DNA from: a virus
Direction: 5' to 3' (one strand)
IMG/VR virus record: IMGVR_UViG_3300005080_000005
Length of the DNA: 64,000 nt
A program made the translations under genes and the position numbers. Position 1 is the stretch's first letter; the number at the start of each line of letters is the position of its first letter. Shown in pieces: positions 1 to 8,943 of the stretch. The notes under the pieces are model-generated. The model was not told the DNA's origin. It did no database searches and was given only the letters and a program-made list of their open reading frames with translations.

Positions 1-305
1 TTGTTGAACCCCTCGTACTGTTCTGTAAAGAGATGTTAGAGAAGTATGAAAATGACTGACAGAAATAATAAATACACAGTTTATGATTATGTCGGTAAAA
101 CCTTATAAATGGATAACAATTATATTGACGACTATAACATAGGCCAAGATGAGGTACAATGAGCGAAGAAGTAATTGAGAGTGTGACAGAAAAGAAGAGA
201 GCAAAACGACAAAAACCAGAAGACTTTATAGGTTAGAAAAGTGAGGATGGAAGATTAGAAGTTATAGGCATACATGGAAAACAAGGGAATAGTACAGCAT
301 TTAAA

Positions 306-1202
306 GTGACTTGTACAGAGTGTTCTAAAGATAAAGAGTTATTTCCAGATGGTTATTTTGTTAGCACAAAAGGACGTTTAAAGGCAGGACAGAAGCCTTG
401 TGGTTGTGCGTTTAATCCAAAATGGGAAGGTTGTCAGTACTTGATTTTAGCTAGTAGGGTAGGAGAAAAGAAAGGTTTTATTGTTCATGGTTTTGTTGAA
501 GAATTTAAAAATCAAAAGACAAAATTAAACCTTGAGTGTTTAAAAGATGGGTACAAATGGACTGCAAGTATTACTAAGGTTATTAACAACGGTAGTGGTT
601 GTCCTAAATGTGGTATTGAACAAAAGAAAACACCAGAACCTGTTGCATTACAAAAATGTATTGACATCTGTAGAGAAATGGACTATGATGTTGTTGGTTT
701 TGTTGGTGGTTATAGAACTGCCCGCAAAACTATATTTGAGTATATTTGCAAAATACATGGAAAACAAAATGTTTATTATAACGACTTTGTAAACCACGAG
801 GCACGTTGTAGTGGTTGTTGGAAAGATAGACAAAAAGAGCTAGGGAGTCTTTATGGATATTATCCTGAAAGAAAAGATGAACAAGATTTTCTTTATGTTC
901 TAAATTTCAACAATAAGTTTATCAAGGTTGGAAGATCTTTCGATGTAAATGAAAGGATTAGAAATTTGAGGAAACCTTCAGAATCTGGAATCAAAAAGAT
1001 TTATAAACTAAGAATCTTTACAGCAACCCATCAAGAAATTTATGATTATGAACAAGAGTTACACACTGAACTACGTTCTCGAAACTTTCAACACTATGTT
1101 GATTGGAGTACTGAGTGTTTCGAGAATGATTCTTTGTTTATTCTGAATAAACTACTTGACAGCAGATTAGTTACAGGGAATTTCGAAGAAATTTCTTATT
1201 GA
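306..1202 (+). CDS. Zn-ribbon repeats + T5orf172 (GIY-YIG-like) domain protein, putative homing endonuclease, paralog 1 (N-terminally interrupted)
   Basis: Paralogous to 17900-18898 and 29548-30550 (same CxxC/CGC triple-repeat N-half and FLYVLNFNGKFIKVGRS T5orf172-like C-half). The reading frame runs back to ATG 159 but holds an in-frame TAG at 234-236 where paralog 2 has TGG (Trp). Confidence 0.6.
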   Translation: MTCTECSKDKELFPDGYFVSTKGRLKAGQKPCGCAFNPKWEGCQYLILASRVGEKKGFIVHGFVEEFKNQKTKLNLECLKDGYKWTASITKVINNGSGCPKCGIEQKKTPEPVALQKCIDICREMDYDVVGFVGGYRTARKTIFEYICKIHGKQNVYYNDFVNHEARCSGCWKDRQKELGSLYGYYPERKDEQDFLYVLNFNNKFIKVGRSFDVNERIRNLRKPSESGIKKIYKLRIFTATHQEIYDYEQELHTELRSRNFQHYVDWSTECFENDSLFILNKLLDSRLVTGNFEEISY

Positions 1203-2225
1203 CAACCGTAGTTTATGAGAGTGTTTAATCAAGCATTTAGATCGACCTTCGAAGAATCCTTCTTTTATGTTTTACCTTTCCTATTTGTCTGTCCTAGATA
1301 CTGCATATAATGCACTGTAAGGCATCTGTAGTCAATTCCTACAGTAAAGGAGTACCCTTGTAGCCTAGATGGCGTGGAATGCAATATAGAGCTTCCTATT
1401 AGGTTTTAACATCTATCAATTTTTGAGACCCAAATATAAAAATGAGATCCAAAGACCATACCCATTTTCATCACCAGCGTCCAAAATTTTAGGGTCTAGA
1501 TCAACTTTTGAGTTTCGAGATTGAAAAATGAGAACCAGAGGACATTTTCAAATTTTCAATTTGTGTTTCAAAAAATTTTTAAAAATTAAAATTTTTGAGA
1601 TCCAGAGAGAAAAATCGTTTTGGCCTTTGAAATCTGGAAAAATTTATATAGAAGGGAAAAATGATATTCAGAATCCAAAAGAGAAATTAAGCACGAATGA
1701 TAATCATTCTCGTTTGGCGAATAGCGGGCAGGTCTCACCACCCTACCCTTTAGCTCCTCGGCTGCGGCTCACAGGCTCCGCTCTTTTCTGCTTTTCCTCA
1801 CTTCTTGAATACAGTATAACCCAAGGGCTCACATAGTGCAAGCCCAAGAGTGAGAAAAATTTAAATTATTTTCTACTGTAGCCTTTTGACAGCATGAACT
1901 CAAATTGGGCAGGATCCTGGATGTCTTGTTCCGTCATTTTGCATTCTAGATAACCTTTGTCTGTTTTCTTTATAAAAGAATGCAGACCGTTATCAAAATA
2001 TGACCAATTGAATCCGTTAACTTTAGGCAGACCCTGATAAAACGCTTTATCATGTTTCATTTGTTTAATCTCTCAAATTTAGTTTGGGTTTTTCTACAGT
2101 CCGGCTTTGTTTGCCGTTGAGATAGATGCTATCAAAGCAGATAACCAAGATCAACCTCTTTCGTCGTTTTCTTTTCAGAAAAATTTATCCTCTTTTTGTT
2201 GGCTTGCATCTTGATCTTCTGATCT

Positions 2226-2246
2226 ACCCTTGCTATAGTCACCACA
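2226..2246 (+). promoter_or_regulatory. Extended -10 promoter of the conserved cassette class (cccTTGCTATAGT)
   Basis: TGnTATAGT extended -10 matches the cassettes at 7.3, 7.7, 8.1, 10.1 and 10.7 kb; followed by perfect hairpin GTGAATCaaagGATTCAC (2268-2285). Confidence 0.4.
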
Positions 2247-2334
2247 TTGAAACGAGTTGCCCAATTTGTGGGTGAATCAAAGATTCACGGCATAACCGCA
2301 AAAAACAAGGTTAACGAAAGAGGGGTTGACTGAG

Positions 2335-2487
2335 ATGTTCACATTGATTTTAATGGAATATGAAAACAGCTTGCCAGATGTTCGCCACGATCTTACAATG
2401 ACCCAAGCCTATGAGATTGCATCAAAGGGAGGATACTACAAAGCACAAATCATTAACGAATATGGGGGGATTGAATATGAATTCTAA
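2335..2487 (+). CDS. hypothetical small protein (50 aa)
   Basis: ATG preceded by GAAAGAGGGG SD-like sequence; first ORF after promoter 2226. Confidence 0.35.
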   Translation: MFTLILMEYENSLPDVRHDLTMTQAYEIASKGGYYKAQIINEYGGIEYEF

Positions 2488-2848
2488 TCTGGATATGAAT
2501 AACGCTACTTTTGCACAGCGTCAGGAATATGCATCCAGCTTAAAAGATTACAAGATCTTGGCTAATTTTGACGGACTACTAGTTGCAATCGATAAAAATC
2601 ACCCTGTTAACCTGTATGTAAGCGATCTACCAAACGGCAGGCGGACGGGCATATCAGTCACAGGCAAGGCATATGATTTTGATGGTTTTAAAGGGATTAG
2701 GGCGATTCACCTAGATACACTCAGGTCAAGGTTGCATGATGTCTGTCCGTCGTGGTATGAGCGCCAGCTAGACAAAGAAGGCAAGGGCTCAATTAAGGAA
2801 GTTTTAAAATTTATAAAAGATAATCACCCGATGAATAAGGGCTCTTGA
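2462..2848 (+). CDS. hypothetical protein
   Basis: ORF track 2411-2848; internal ATG 2462 preceded by G-rich SD. Confidence 0.5.
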   Translation: MGGLNMNSNLDMNNATFAQRQEYASSLKDYKILANFDGLLVAIDKNHPVNLYVSDLPNGRRTGISVTGKAYDFDGFKGIRAIHLDTLRSRLHDVCPSWYERQLDKEGKGSIKEVLKFIKDNHPMNKGS

Positions 2849-2849
2849 T

Positions 2850-3038
2850 ATGCAATCTATTACAGTTCTGGAGTTGTTGCTTAAGGTTCACGACTGGCAA
2901 GGCGGAACAATCGGGCAAGCCTTTAGGGAGTTGAAACAAGAGCACAAGCAAATGATAAAAGATCTTGCATTTTCTGGTAATGCTGTTTATACTGTTAAAA
3001 CTGAATCGGCTTTTATAGTGAGTTGCTGGAGTTTATAA
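2850..3038 (+). CDS. hypothetical protein
   Basis: ORF, tightly packed with neighbours. Confidence 0.45.
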   Translation: MQSITVLELLLKVHDWQGGTIGQAFRELKQEHKQMIKDLAFSGNAVYTVKTESAFIVSCWSL

Positions 3039-3039
3039 A

Positions 3040-3240
3040 ATGAAAAAGTTTGCGAAAGTAGCAGGCCAATTTGTAACAGATGGGAATTTCAATAAAATTA
3101 AACTCACAAAAAGCCAAGCCCTGTCTATCGCAAAAAGGCAAACTAAACGCCTAGGCTTACAAGGTTGTAAAATGCAGTATCATATTAACGAAAACGATCA
3201 ATTCTATTCTGTAATTATTCACACTGGTGAAATAAAATGA
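3040..3240 (+). CDS. hypothetical protein
   Basis: ORF, 1-nt spacing to previous gene, ATGA overlap with next. Confidence 0.5.
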   Translation: MKKFAKVAGQFVTDGNFNKIKLTKSQALSIAKRQTKRLGLQGCKMQYHINENDQFYSVIIHTGEIK

Positions 3241-3425
3241 ATCCAATTAAAAATATTGAAACTGAAAACTTTTGTCAGTTGGTTGCTAATGAATATCAAG
3301 TTAACCCGTTGAAAGCTAATCAAATTTTTGCTGATTTTGTCAATGAAAAGAAGCTAGTTAAATGGGCTTGGCTTGCAATGAAAGACCGTGTACAATACCT
3401 TATCAAGCAAAACAAAGGCGATTGA
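3237..3425 (+). CDS. hypothetical protein
   Basis: ORF overlapping previous stop (ATGA). Confidence 0.45.
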   Translation: MNPIKNIETENFCQLVANEYQVNPLKANQIFADFVNEKKLVKWAWLAMKDRVQYLIKQNKGD

Positions 3426-3604
3426 TTATGAAAACTTTCTTATTCCATGTTGAATTTTGCGAACATGAAAAAAGCTGATTACGAAAAATGTTTGGAAGTT
3501 TAACAAAGAACCCGACCCGTACCCACTGGGCAAAGAAAACGTTTGACGATTTTGTTAAAAAACATGCTTTGCAACCATAACCACATCACTCTGGAAAACA
3601 TCAC

Positions 3605-3808
3605 ATGCGCCAAGTCACAAACCAAACCTTTCAAAGCAACTATAACTCCGGCTATGAAGAGAAAATGAAGGAGATCCGCGAAACCGGCTTCAATGCAGCA
3701 AGAGATAGTTTTAATAAAAAGTATCCTATCTGTGTCCCCATCCCCACGATGGATCGCTATTACACATCATGCGGTGAAGTTGACGCGCTCATGGATTTTA
3801 TCAACTGA
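3605..3808 (+). CDS. hypothetical protein
   Basis: ORF. Confidence 0.4.
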   Translation: MRQVTNQTFQSNYNSGYEEKMKEIRETGFNAARDSFNKKYPICVPIPTMDRYYTSCGEVDALMDFIN

Positions 3809-3929
3809 TTTTATTCGAAAAAAGGGGCCGAAAGTTATCTATAGTGCCGTAAAGTGTGTATTTGGCGTAAAAAGGTAAAAGAACATCTGAGAAAAGGTGA
3901 TCATTTCATTATGACATAATCCGACAATA

Positions 3930-3957
3930 GCCAGCCTAACAAGCTGGCTTTATTTTC
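3930..3957 (+). terminator. rho-independent terminator
   Basis: GCCAGC ctaacaa GCTGGC followed by TTTATTTT. Confidence 0.6.
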
Positions 3958-4143
3958 ATTTGATATTAAATTTACTCTGGACGTGCTACCGGCGATCAAC
4001 CTTCGATCTTTTGCAAGTATCTTAGCCATATTTAAAGACGATGGAAGTCTGTTTTCTAGTTTGTAAGTGTATTATAAACCCTGACAAAAGACAAAGCAAG
4101 CATTTTACATAAAAATAAATCAGAATATTTTTAGAAAAATATC

Positions 4144-4172
4144 TTGCACAATGATCGGCCTTGCATTATAGT
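4144..4172 (+). promoter_or_regulatory. sigma70-like promoter
   Basis: TTGCAC - 17 nt - TATAGT, 38 nt upstream of ATG 4210. Confidence 0.5.
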
Positions 4173-4209
4173 CATAAACAGATAAACAACATTAACCAAG
4201 GGATCAACC

Positions 4210-4434
4210 ATGAATAACAAAGATTTTCAAATTATCCAGACAAGTAAAAAAGGTGTTAGCATCTTTTGGTGGGTCTTTTGGCTCATTGTTTTCTGGCCTT
4301 TTCTTGCTTTTGTTGCCATAGTTCACTTGGGAAGTGAAACGATCTATCATGTGCAATACAGGAACAGCCAAGGGAAAATAGTTGTGGACAAGATGACAGA
4401 AAAAGAATATACTCGTTTTGTAAGTATGATGTAG
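4210..4434 (+). CDS. small membrane protein
   Basis: ORF with hydrophobic stretch VSIFWWVFWLIVFWPFLAFVAIVHL. Confidence 0.5.
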   Translation: MNNKDFQIIQTSKKGVSIFWWVFWLIVFWPFLAFVAIVHLGSETIYHVQYRNSQGKIVVDKMTEKEYTRFVSMM

Positions 4435-4488
4435 TTAAATCTAAATTGATTATTTTACCTATCTTATTGAAATTAAAAGGATTCTATC

Positions 4489-4674
4489 ATGGCGATCAAA
4501 CAATCTTATAATTGTTCGGCTTTTGTTCAAACTAAAAGCAATCCTGACGCTTTTATAAATCGAGAGGTTATTGCTGAAAATTTTGAACAAGCACAACAAA
4601 AGTTTAACGTTATCTTGCAAAATTATTCCTTTGTAAGTATTGACTTTGATACGATTAGCGTTAAACTTAAGTAA
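4489..4674 (+). CDS. hypothetical protein
   Basis: ORF with AAAGGA SD. Confidence 0.4.
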   Translation: MAIKQSYNCSAFVQTKSNPDAFINREVIAENFEQAQQKFNVILQNYSFVSIDFDTISVKLK

Positions 4675-4703
4675 GTTAAACAAGCATTAAAGGGGTGATT
4701 ATA

Positions 4704-4925
4704 ATGTGTCAAATATTTTTCAAAAACAGGGAAGCTGCCCGTTATGTTAAATCCGGCAAAATTCAAGACAATGGCAGGGACTCTATAAAACGTTGGAGCC
4801 GTCTTGTAGAAGCAAAACCGACACAAAAAGATCTATTGCCATTGACATGCACAAAAGATTATCGTTATCCTGAAAAGGCTAAGATTGTTCAAGTTTTGAA
4901 GGTTAAGAAAAATAAACTGAAATAA
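4704..4925 (+). CDS. hypothetical protein
   Basis: ORF track 4695 (GTG); ATG at 4704 after AAAGGGGTGA. Confidence 0.4.
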   Translation: MCQIFFKNREAARYVKSGKIQDNGRDSIKRWSRLVEAKPTQKDLLPLTCTKDYRYPEKAKIVQVLKVKKNKLK

Positions 4926-4936
4926 GGAATATTAAA

Positions 4937-5185
4937 ATGCTTACGAAAGAACAAACAAATATGATTTTGGACATCCTTGATTCATCTCATGTTAAACATA
5001 TTACCATGAATGACAGAACCTCGGAATATTGTTATATGGTATCTACATGTGATAGTGATGTAATATGCTTTCATAAGGGAAAATTGGAACCTTGGTATTT
5101 TGACAAGATTGTTGTGTGTGATAGTACCATGACAAAAGAGCCGATTTATAAAGATTGGTATATGACTGTTGCATATCATAGTTAA
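4937..5185 (+). CDS. hypothetical protein
   Basis: ORF with AAGGAA SD. Confidence 0.45.
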   Translation: MLTKEQTNMILDILDSSHVKHITMNDRTSEYCYMVSTCDSDVICFHKGKLEPWYFDKIVVCDSTMTKEPIYKDWYMTVAYHS

Positions 5186-5418
5186 TTTTAGTCTGGATTC
5201 TACCTTTAAACTCTGGTAGAATCCTTTCTAAAGTTAAATTATGATAACAGGAGACAGATAAATCAGTTGACTTACTAGAAATGATAAAGATCACAAATGA
5301 AATACTGGGCAGGATTAAACAAGATCAATAAATAAAAGCTTGCACCAATAGAAAAGTTAGTTTATAATGTTTTCACCAAGTCGGGAATGGTTCCCGATAA
5401 AAACAAAGAGAAAATGTC

Positions 5419-5862
5419 ATGTCAAACAAAATCGAAACCCTGAAATCTGAAATCGCCGATCTGGTTGAACAGCTTAATGCAAAGAAGCAAGAGCGCGCTT
5501 TGAATCTCGCATCTCTGGAAGTTAAGAAAGAGGAGCTAGATAATTATGAAATTGATCCAGATTCTGTGGAAGATAGTTATAAAGATGCGCTAGATGAAAG
5601 TTATGAGATGCCCAACGGATGGTCTTACTCTGATGTCCTAGAACGGATGGATCCGACTATGTATCGCTGTGGATTGAATGATTATGCTGACAGTTTTGAC
5701 AAAGAGGAGTTTGAAGATTACAAAGAATTGCAAGAGGAATTTGAAGAACTTGATAACATTAATGATCAGTTGAATGATGAGATCTTTGATTTGGAACAAG
5801 AGATCGAAGAAAAGCAAGAAGTTCTGGATGATTTGATTGTTGAAGCTGATATGCTTTATTGA
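5419..5862 (+). CDS. highly acidic coiled-coil protein (candidate DNA mimic / host-takeover protein)
   Basis: 147 aa, very D/E rich (EELDNYEIDPDSVEDSYKDALDESYE...); AAAGAGAAAATG start. Confidence 0.55.
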   Translation: MSNKIETLKSEIADLVEQLNAKKQERALNLASLEVKKEELDNYEIDPDSVEDSYKDALDESYEMPNGWSYSDVLERMDPTMYRCGLNDYADSFDKEEFEDYKELQEEFEELDNINDQLNDEIFDLEQEIEEKQEVLDDLIVEADMLY

Positions 5863-5885
5863 TACGAAATAGATTAAGATAGTTG

Positions 5886-5923
5886 TTGATCTTCTGATTT
5901 GATGCGCTTATAATGAGCGCATC
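5886..5923 (+). promoter_or_regulatory. sigma70-like promoter with -10 inside an 8-bp perfect palindrome (operator-like)
   Basis: TTGATC - 17 nt - TATAAT; GATGCGCT tataatg AGCGCATC hairpin/palindrome spans the -10. Confidence 0.45.
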
Positions 5924-5956
5924 TTGTAGAGGAAAACACCAAGCAAAGGTAAAGTT

Positions 5957-6184
5957 ATGAAAAACTGGAATAAAACAAAAGAAGATATTAAAAACGAGTA
6001 TAATCTGAGCGTAAAACTGATGGCGACCCGCTTTTATTATGACAGACGGGATGACACTAATACCCTGTTGAATGATCTTTATTATAGAATTGAGAAAGAG
6101 GGTGGCAATCTGGATTTTGTCTCGGATGTCTCAGATTATATTGACAACTTGAAAGATTATGATAACAGACCATTTTATGATTAA
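5957..6184 (+). CDS. hypothetical protein
   Basis: ORF with AAAGGTAAAG SD. Confidence 0.45.
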   Translation: MKNWNKTKEDIKNEYNLSVKLMATRFYYDRRDDTNTLLNDLYYRIEKEGGNLDFVSDVSDYIDNLKDYDNRPFYD

Positions 6185-6288
6185 AGAAAACAAAAATAAA
6201 CCTTGCAATATAAAATCAGTTTGTTAGAATAGATTAAGAGGTTAGGGAATAATCCCTAACTTAAGACCAAACCAAAGGAATAAACACC

Positions 6289-6567
6289 ATGAAAAACCAA
6301 ATCAAAGCCGTTGTTAATGCAATCCTATCCCATAATGCTGGCGAGTATGTTTACTCTGATGTTAAACAATTGTTTACCGATGTTGCTAACAACTTTGATA
6401 ATGATTTTAATGTTGATTTTGATGGCCGTGAATATCGAGTTATCTCTAATGATGATATTCTTGATATCATGAAAGATGAGTTGTCAAGTGATACATATGT
6501 TTTGGGCTGTGGTTCTGACTGGTTTATGTCTGATGTGACAGGGATTCCCGTTGATGCAAGATGTTGA
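6289..6567 (+). CDS. acidic hypothetical protein
   Basis: ORF, D-rich; AAAGGAATAA SD. Confidence 0.5.
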   Translation: MKNQIKAVVNAILSHNAGEYVYSDVKQLFTDVANNFDNDFNVDFDGREYRVISNDDILDIMKDELSSDTYVLGCGSDWFMSDVTGIPVDARC

Positions 6568-6686
6568 CAGCTTTTGCTGAGGGTATTATTTCACACGATG
6601 GCGCAGGGCATCACTTTAGTGGTTATGATTTTAGTGAAACGGAAGCGGGGGATTATACTGTCTTTTGTGTCAACTAAGGGCTAGTG

Positions 6687-7025
6687 ATGGAGCATGACTC
6701 TTTAGACTGGGCGATTATAGTTATCTTGCTGTTGATTATGATCGCCCCCGTCGCCGCTGGTTTTCTGTTTATAATCTGGTTACTCAAAAAGGTTTATCAA
6801 ACTATGAATACAAACAACGAGCGCTATTGTTATCTAGCATACAAACACAACCAAACTGGACAAGTTTTTGATAGTGGTATTCAGCTTGAAACTGAAATTG
6901 ATCAAACAGAAAATAATGTCATTAGTTCCGGACATTGCATCTTGATCCGCTATAATACAAAAGAAGTCGAAAAGCTGAAAGGATGGATTCAAGCCTTTAG
7001 AATTGAAAACAATGTAATTTGTTGA
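6687..7025 (+). CDS. membrane protein
   Basis: N-terminal TM (WAIIVILLLIMIAPVAAGFLFIIWLL); ORF track starts at GTG 6684. Confidence 0.5.
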   Translation: MEHDSLDWAIIVILLLIMIAPVAAGFLFIIWLLKKVYQTMNTNNERYCYLAYKHNQTGQVFDSGIQLETEIDQTENNVISSGHCILIRYNTKEVEKLKGWIQAFRIENNVIC

Positions 7026-7091
7026 CTTAATAAAATCAAGAGAATCTAGTAGTTTGTTGGTTAACTTATAAATCAAGAGGAAATAAAAATT

Positions 7092-7238
7092 ATGTCTTTT
7101 ACCAATAGTAATGTAACCAAGATCCAAAAGAAGGCACGTTTCAACCATGAGGAAGCTTCGGAGCGACTCACAAAAGGGCGGAAATTGAACAAGACCCAAC
7201 GGAATAACAAGCGGGGTCTGTGGAACGATGAAGAATGA
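7092..7238 (+). CDS. small basic protein (48 aa)
   Basis: ATG after GAGGAAATAAAAATT; K/R-rich; not in ORF track (<60 aa). Confidence 0.35.
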   Translation: MSFTNSNVTKIQKKARFNHEEASERLTKGRKLNKTQRNNKRGLWNDEE

Positions 7239-7261
7239 AAATAAATTAAAATAATCTTATT

Positions 7262-7335
7262 GGAGGGCTTGCCAAGAGCAGCCCTCTTTTGCTATTATGT
7301 AATCAGAAGGGGAGGCAAGGGCCAAACCAACCCAC
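7262..7335 (+). promoter_or_regulatory. conserved hairpin/extended -10/leader cassette (copy a)
   Basis: GGGCTTGCCaagagcaGCCCTC hairpin, tGCTATTAT -10, leader ATCAGAAGGGGAGGCAAGGGCCAAACCA. Confidence 0.5.
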
Positions 7336-7355
7336 AATGCGATAAGGGGCTTGTT

Positions 7356-7505
7356 ATGATCGATATGACCGACATTGTTTTTGGCTGGAAGTCAAACTCC
7401 GGTAAATATTTTTTAAGGAAGAGGTATTGGATCGGTGTCGGATTTCAGTTTGTTGATTTTGAAGTTTCTTCAGACGTATACAATCTATGGAGTGATGTAA
7501 ACTAA
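7356..7505 (+). CDS. hypothetical small protein
   Basis: In frame with ORF track 7260-7505, but the 5' part is the regulatory cassette; ATG 7356 after AAGGGG. Confidence 0.45.
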   Translation: MIDMTDIVFGWKSNSGKYFLRKRYWIGVGFQFVDFEVSSDVYNLWSDVN

Positions 7506-7711
7506 TGTGGGTAACATATTATTTATCTTATGATCTGGGCTGTGTTCGCATCCCGTACCCTATGAAGAAGGGATGTAATCAGCACCCCGAAGATATTCTC
7601 CCCATATATAGATATGACTGGAAATTAATCCCTGAGTTTCCCGACAATATCCGCAGAGAGTATGCCCTAGGTTTCGGAGATTTTGTTGTGGTAGAAGAGG
7701 AAGTGATCTAA
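7505..7711 (+). CDS. hypothetical protein
   Basis: ORF, TAATG overlap with previous. Confidence 0.45.
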   Translation: MWVTYYLSYDLGCVRIPYPMKKGCNQHPEDILPIYRYDWKLIPEFPDNIRREYALGFGDFVVVEEEVI

Positions 7712-7723
7712 TAATTTAAAAAT

Positions 7724-7800
7724 TTTGCTTTAGGGGCTTGCATAGATGCGAGTCCCTTGCTATACTTATTTCATCAGGTGAGGCAAGGGGCCGAACCAAA
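7724..7800 (+). promoter_or_regulatory. conserved hairpin/extended -10/leader cassette (copy b)
   Basis: GGGGCTTGCatagatgcGAGTCCCTTGCTATACT ... ATCAGGTGAGGCAAGGGGCCGAACCAAAGGAG. Confidence 0.5.
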
Positions 7801-7812
7801 GGAGATGAGAAA

Positions 7813-8013
7813 ATGAAAAACTTGATCAAAAAAGCACAACAATTTGCCCATGATGTTAATGCCAACGGATGGGATTATTATCCTGATGAGATGGAAGGTT
7901 TCCCTGAAAACTTTGGAGTTTATAATTACGAGGATGGCATCTGGCTAGTAGATACTAAAGACGAAGCATGTATGTATAAAGCTGAAAAATTAGTATTACT
8001 CATTAAGCATTAA
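7813..8013 (+). CDS. hypothetical protein
   Basis: ATG 7813 directly after cassette SD AAAGGAGATGAGAAA. Confidence 0.5.
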   Translation: MKNLIKKAQQFAHDVNANGWDYYPDEMEGFPENFGVYNYEDGIWLVDTKDEACMYKAEKLVLLIKH

Positions 8014-8060
8014 TTTTTACTGAAAGGAATACATAAAATTATCTGATCTATTTTGTTTTA

Positions 8061-8110
8061 AGGGCTTGCCAAACGGCAAGCCCATTGATATACTTATTTC
8101 AAGAGGTATG
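8061..8110 (+). promoter_or_regulatory. cassette copy c (hairpin + TGATATACT, leader truncated)
   Basis: GGGCTTGCCaaacGGCAAGCCC perfect hairpin then TTGATATACT. Confidence 0.4.
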
Positions 8111-8266
8111 GCGATTTTTACTATAAAAACAATCAAATAAAATATATTGATCTTTAAGTTGTGACATCTTATAATGGTATTGTCGGTTCTACCGATGAAG
8201 CAAAGCTTCACAGGCTAAGCCTGCAAGTCACTTCTTAAGGAAAACACTAACAAAAGGATCAACAAA

Positions 8267-8401
8267 ATGATGGCAATGATTTTTGGATGTATGCTTGGCT
8301 TGGTTTTTGTTGCAACCATCAAGGGTGTTCAACATAACAATAAAGTGATGAAGGAGTCCGCCAAACTGCATGAGGAAAACATGAAACAAGCTTTAAGTTA
8401 A
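8267..8401 (+). CDS. small membrane peptide (44 aa)
   Basis: ATG after AAAAGGATCAACAAA; hydrophobic MIFGCMLGLVFVATI. Confidence 0.35.
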   Translation: MMAMIFGCMLGLVFVATIKGVQHNNKVMKESAKLHEENMKQALS

Positions 8402-8455
8402 TAATTTTTGGTTTGTCAATAGTTAATAAGGCAACAATATAGCAACCTAAAAGGA

Positions 8456-8656
8456 TTGGATGTTATGGTAACGGCTCAAATTTTCGGACTTGTCCTGACA
8501 GCTTGCAGCATTAACAATTCAGGTGATGTTGAGTGTGAAGATCACGTTTTGTCAGTTGTATTTCGTGAATCTGTTTGCTATACTCAATTGGAAAAGGAAA
8601 TTCCTAATCCTTTGGAAATGGAATCCTTGAAATGTATTATTCTGGATGACTATTAA
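8456..8656 (+). CDS. hypothetical protein
   Basis: ORF with AAAAGGATTGG SD. Confidence 0.4.
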   Translation: MDVMVTAQIFGLVLTACSINNSGDVECEDHVLSVVFRESVCYTQLEKEIPNPLEMESLKCIILDDY

Positions 8657-8664
8657 TTAGTGTT

Positions 8665-8907
8665 ATGTATTACAAAGAGGGAACCTTTATGGTATTACCC
8701 AAATCAATAATAAATTATTGTAGAAACAATAATATTCGCTATGAGCAAGAATCTGAAACAGATTTTGAATTTATTGCCCCAGCTTTTAAAGTTTTCAGTA
8801 CAGAGAGCAAATACAGAGTAATTGAAATATACGAACAAGTTGGTTTAAAATATTGTAGGAAACCGGTAGTAGAAATAAAAAGATTACTTACTTTGTTTAA
8901 TCAGTGA
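8665..8907 (+). CDS. hypothetical protein
   Basis: ORF. Confidence 0.45.
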   Translation: MYYKEGTFMVLPKSIINYCRNNNIRYEQESETDFEFIAPAFKVFSTESKYRVIEIYEQVGLKYCRKPVVEIKRLLTLFNQ

Positions 8908-8943
8908 AAAGGATTACCAAAATGATTACTGAGGTTTAATAAG

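Noticed and set aside
1528-1836. 102-aa ORF across the repeat/GC-island region
   Set aside because: Spans the degenerate TTTTGAGATCC repeats and the GC-rich structured island. Low-complexity translation (FKKFLKIKIFEIQREK…) and no SD. More likely non-coding.
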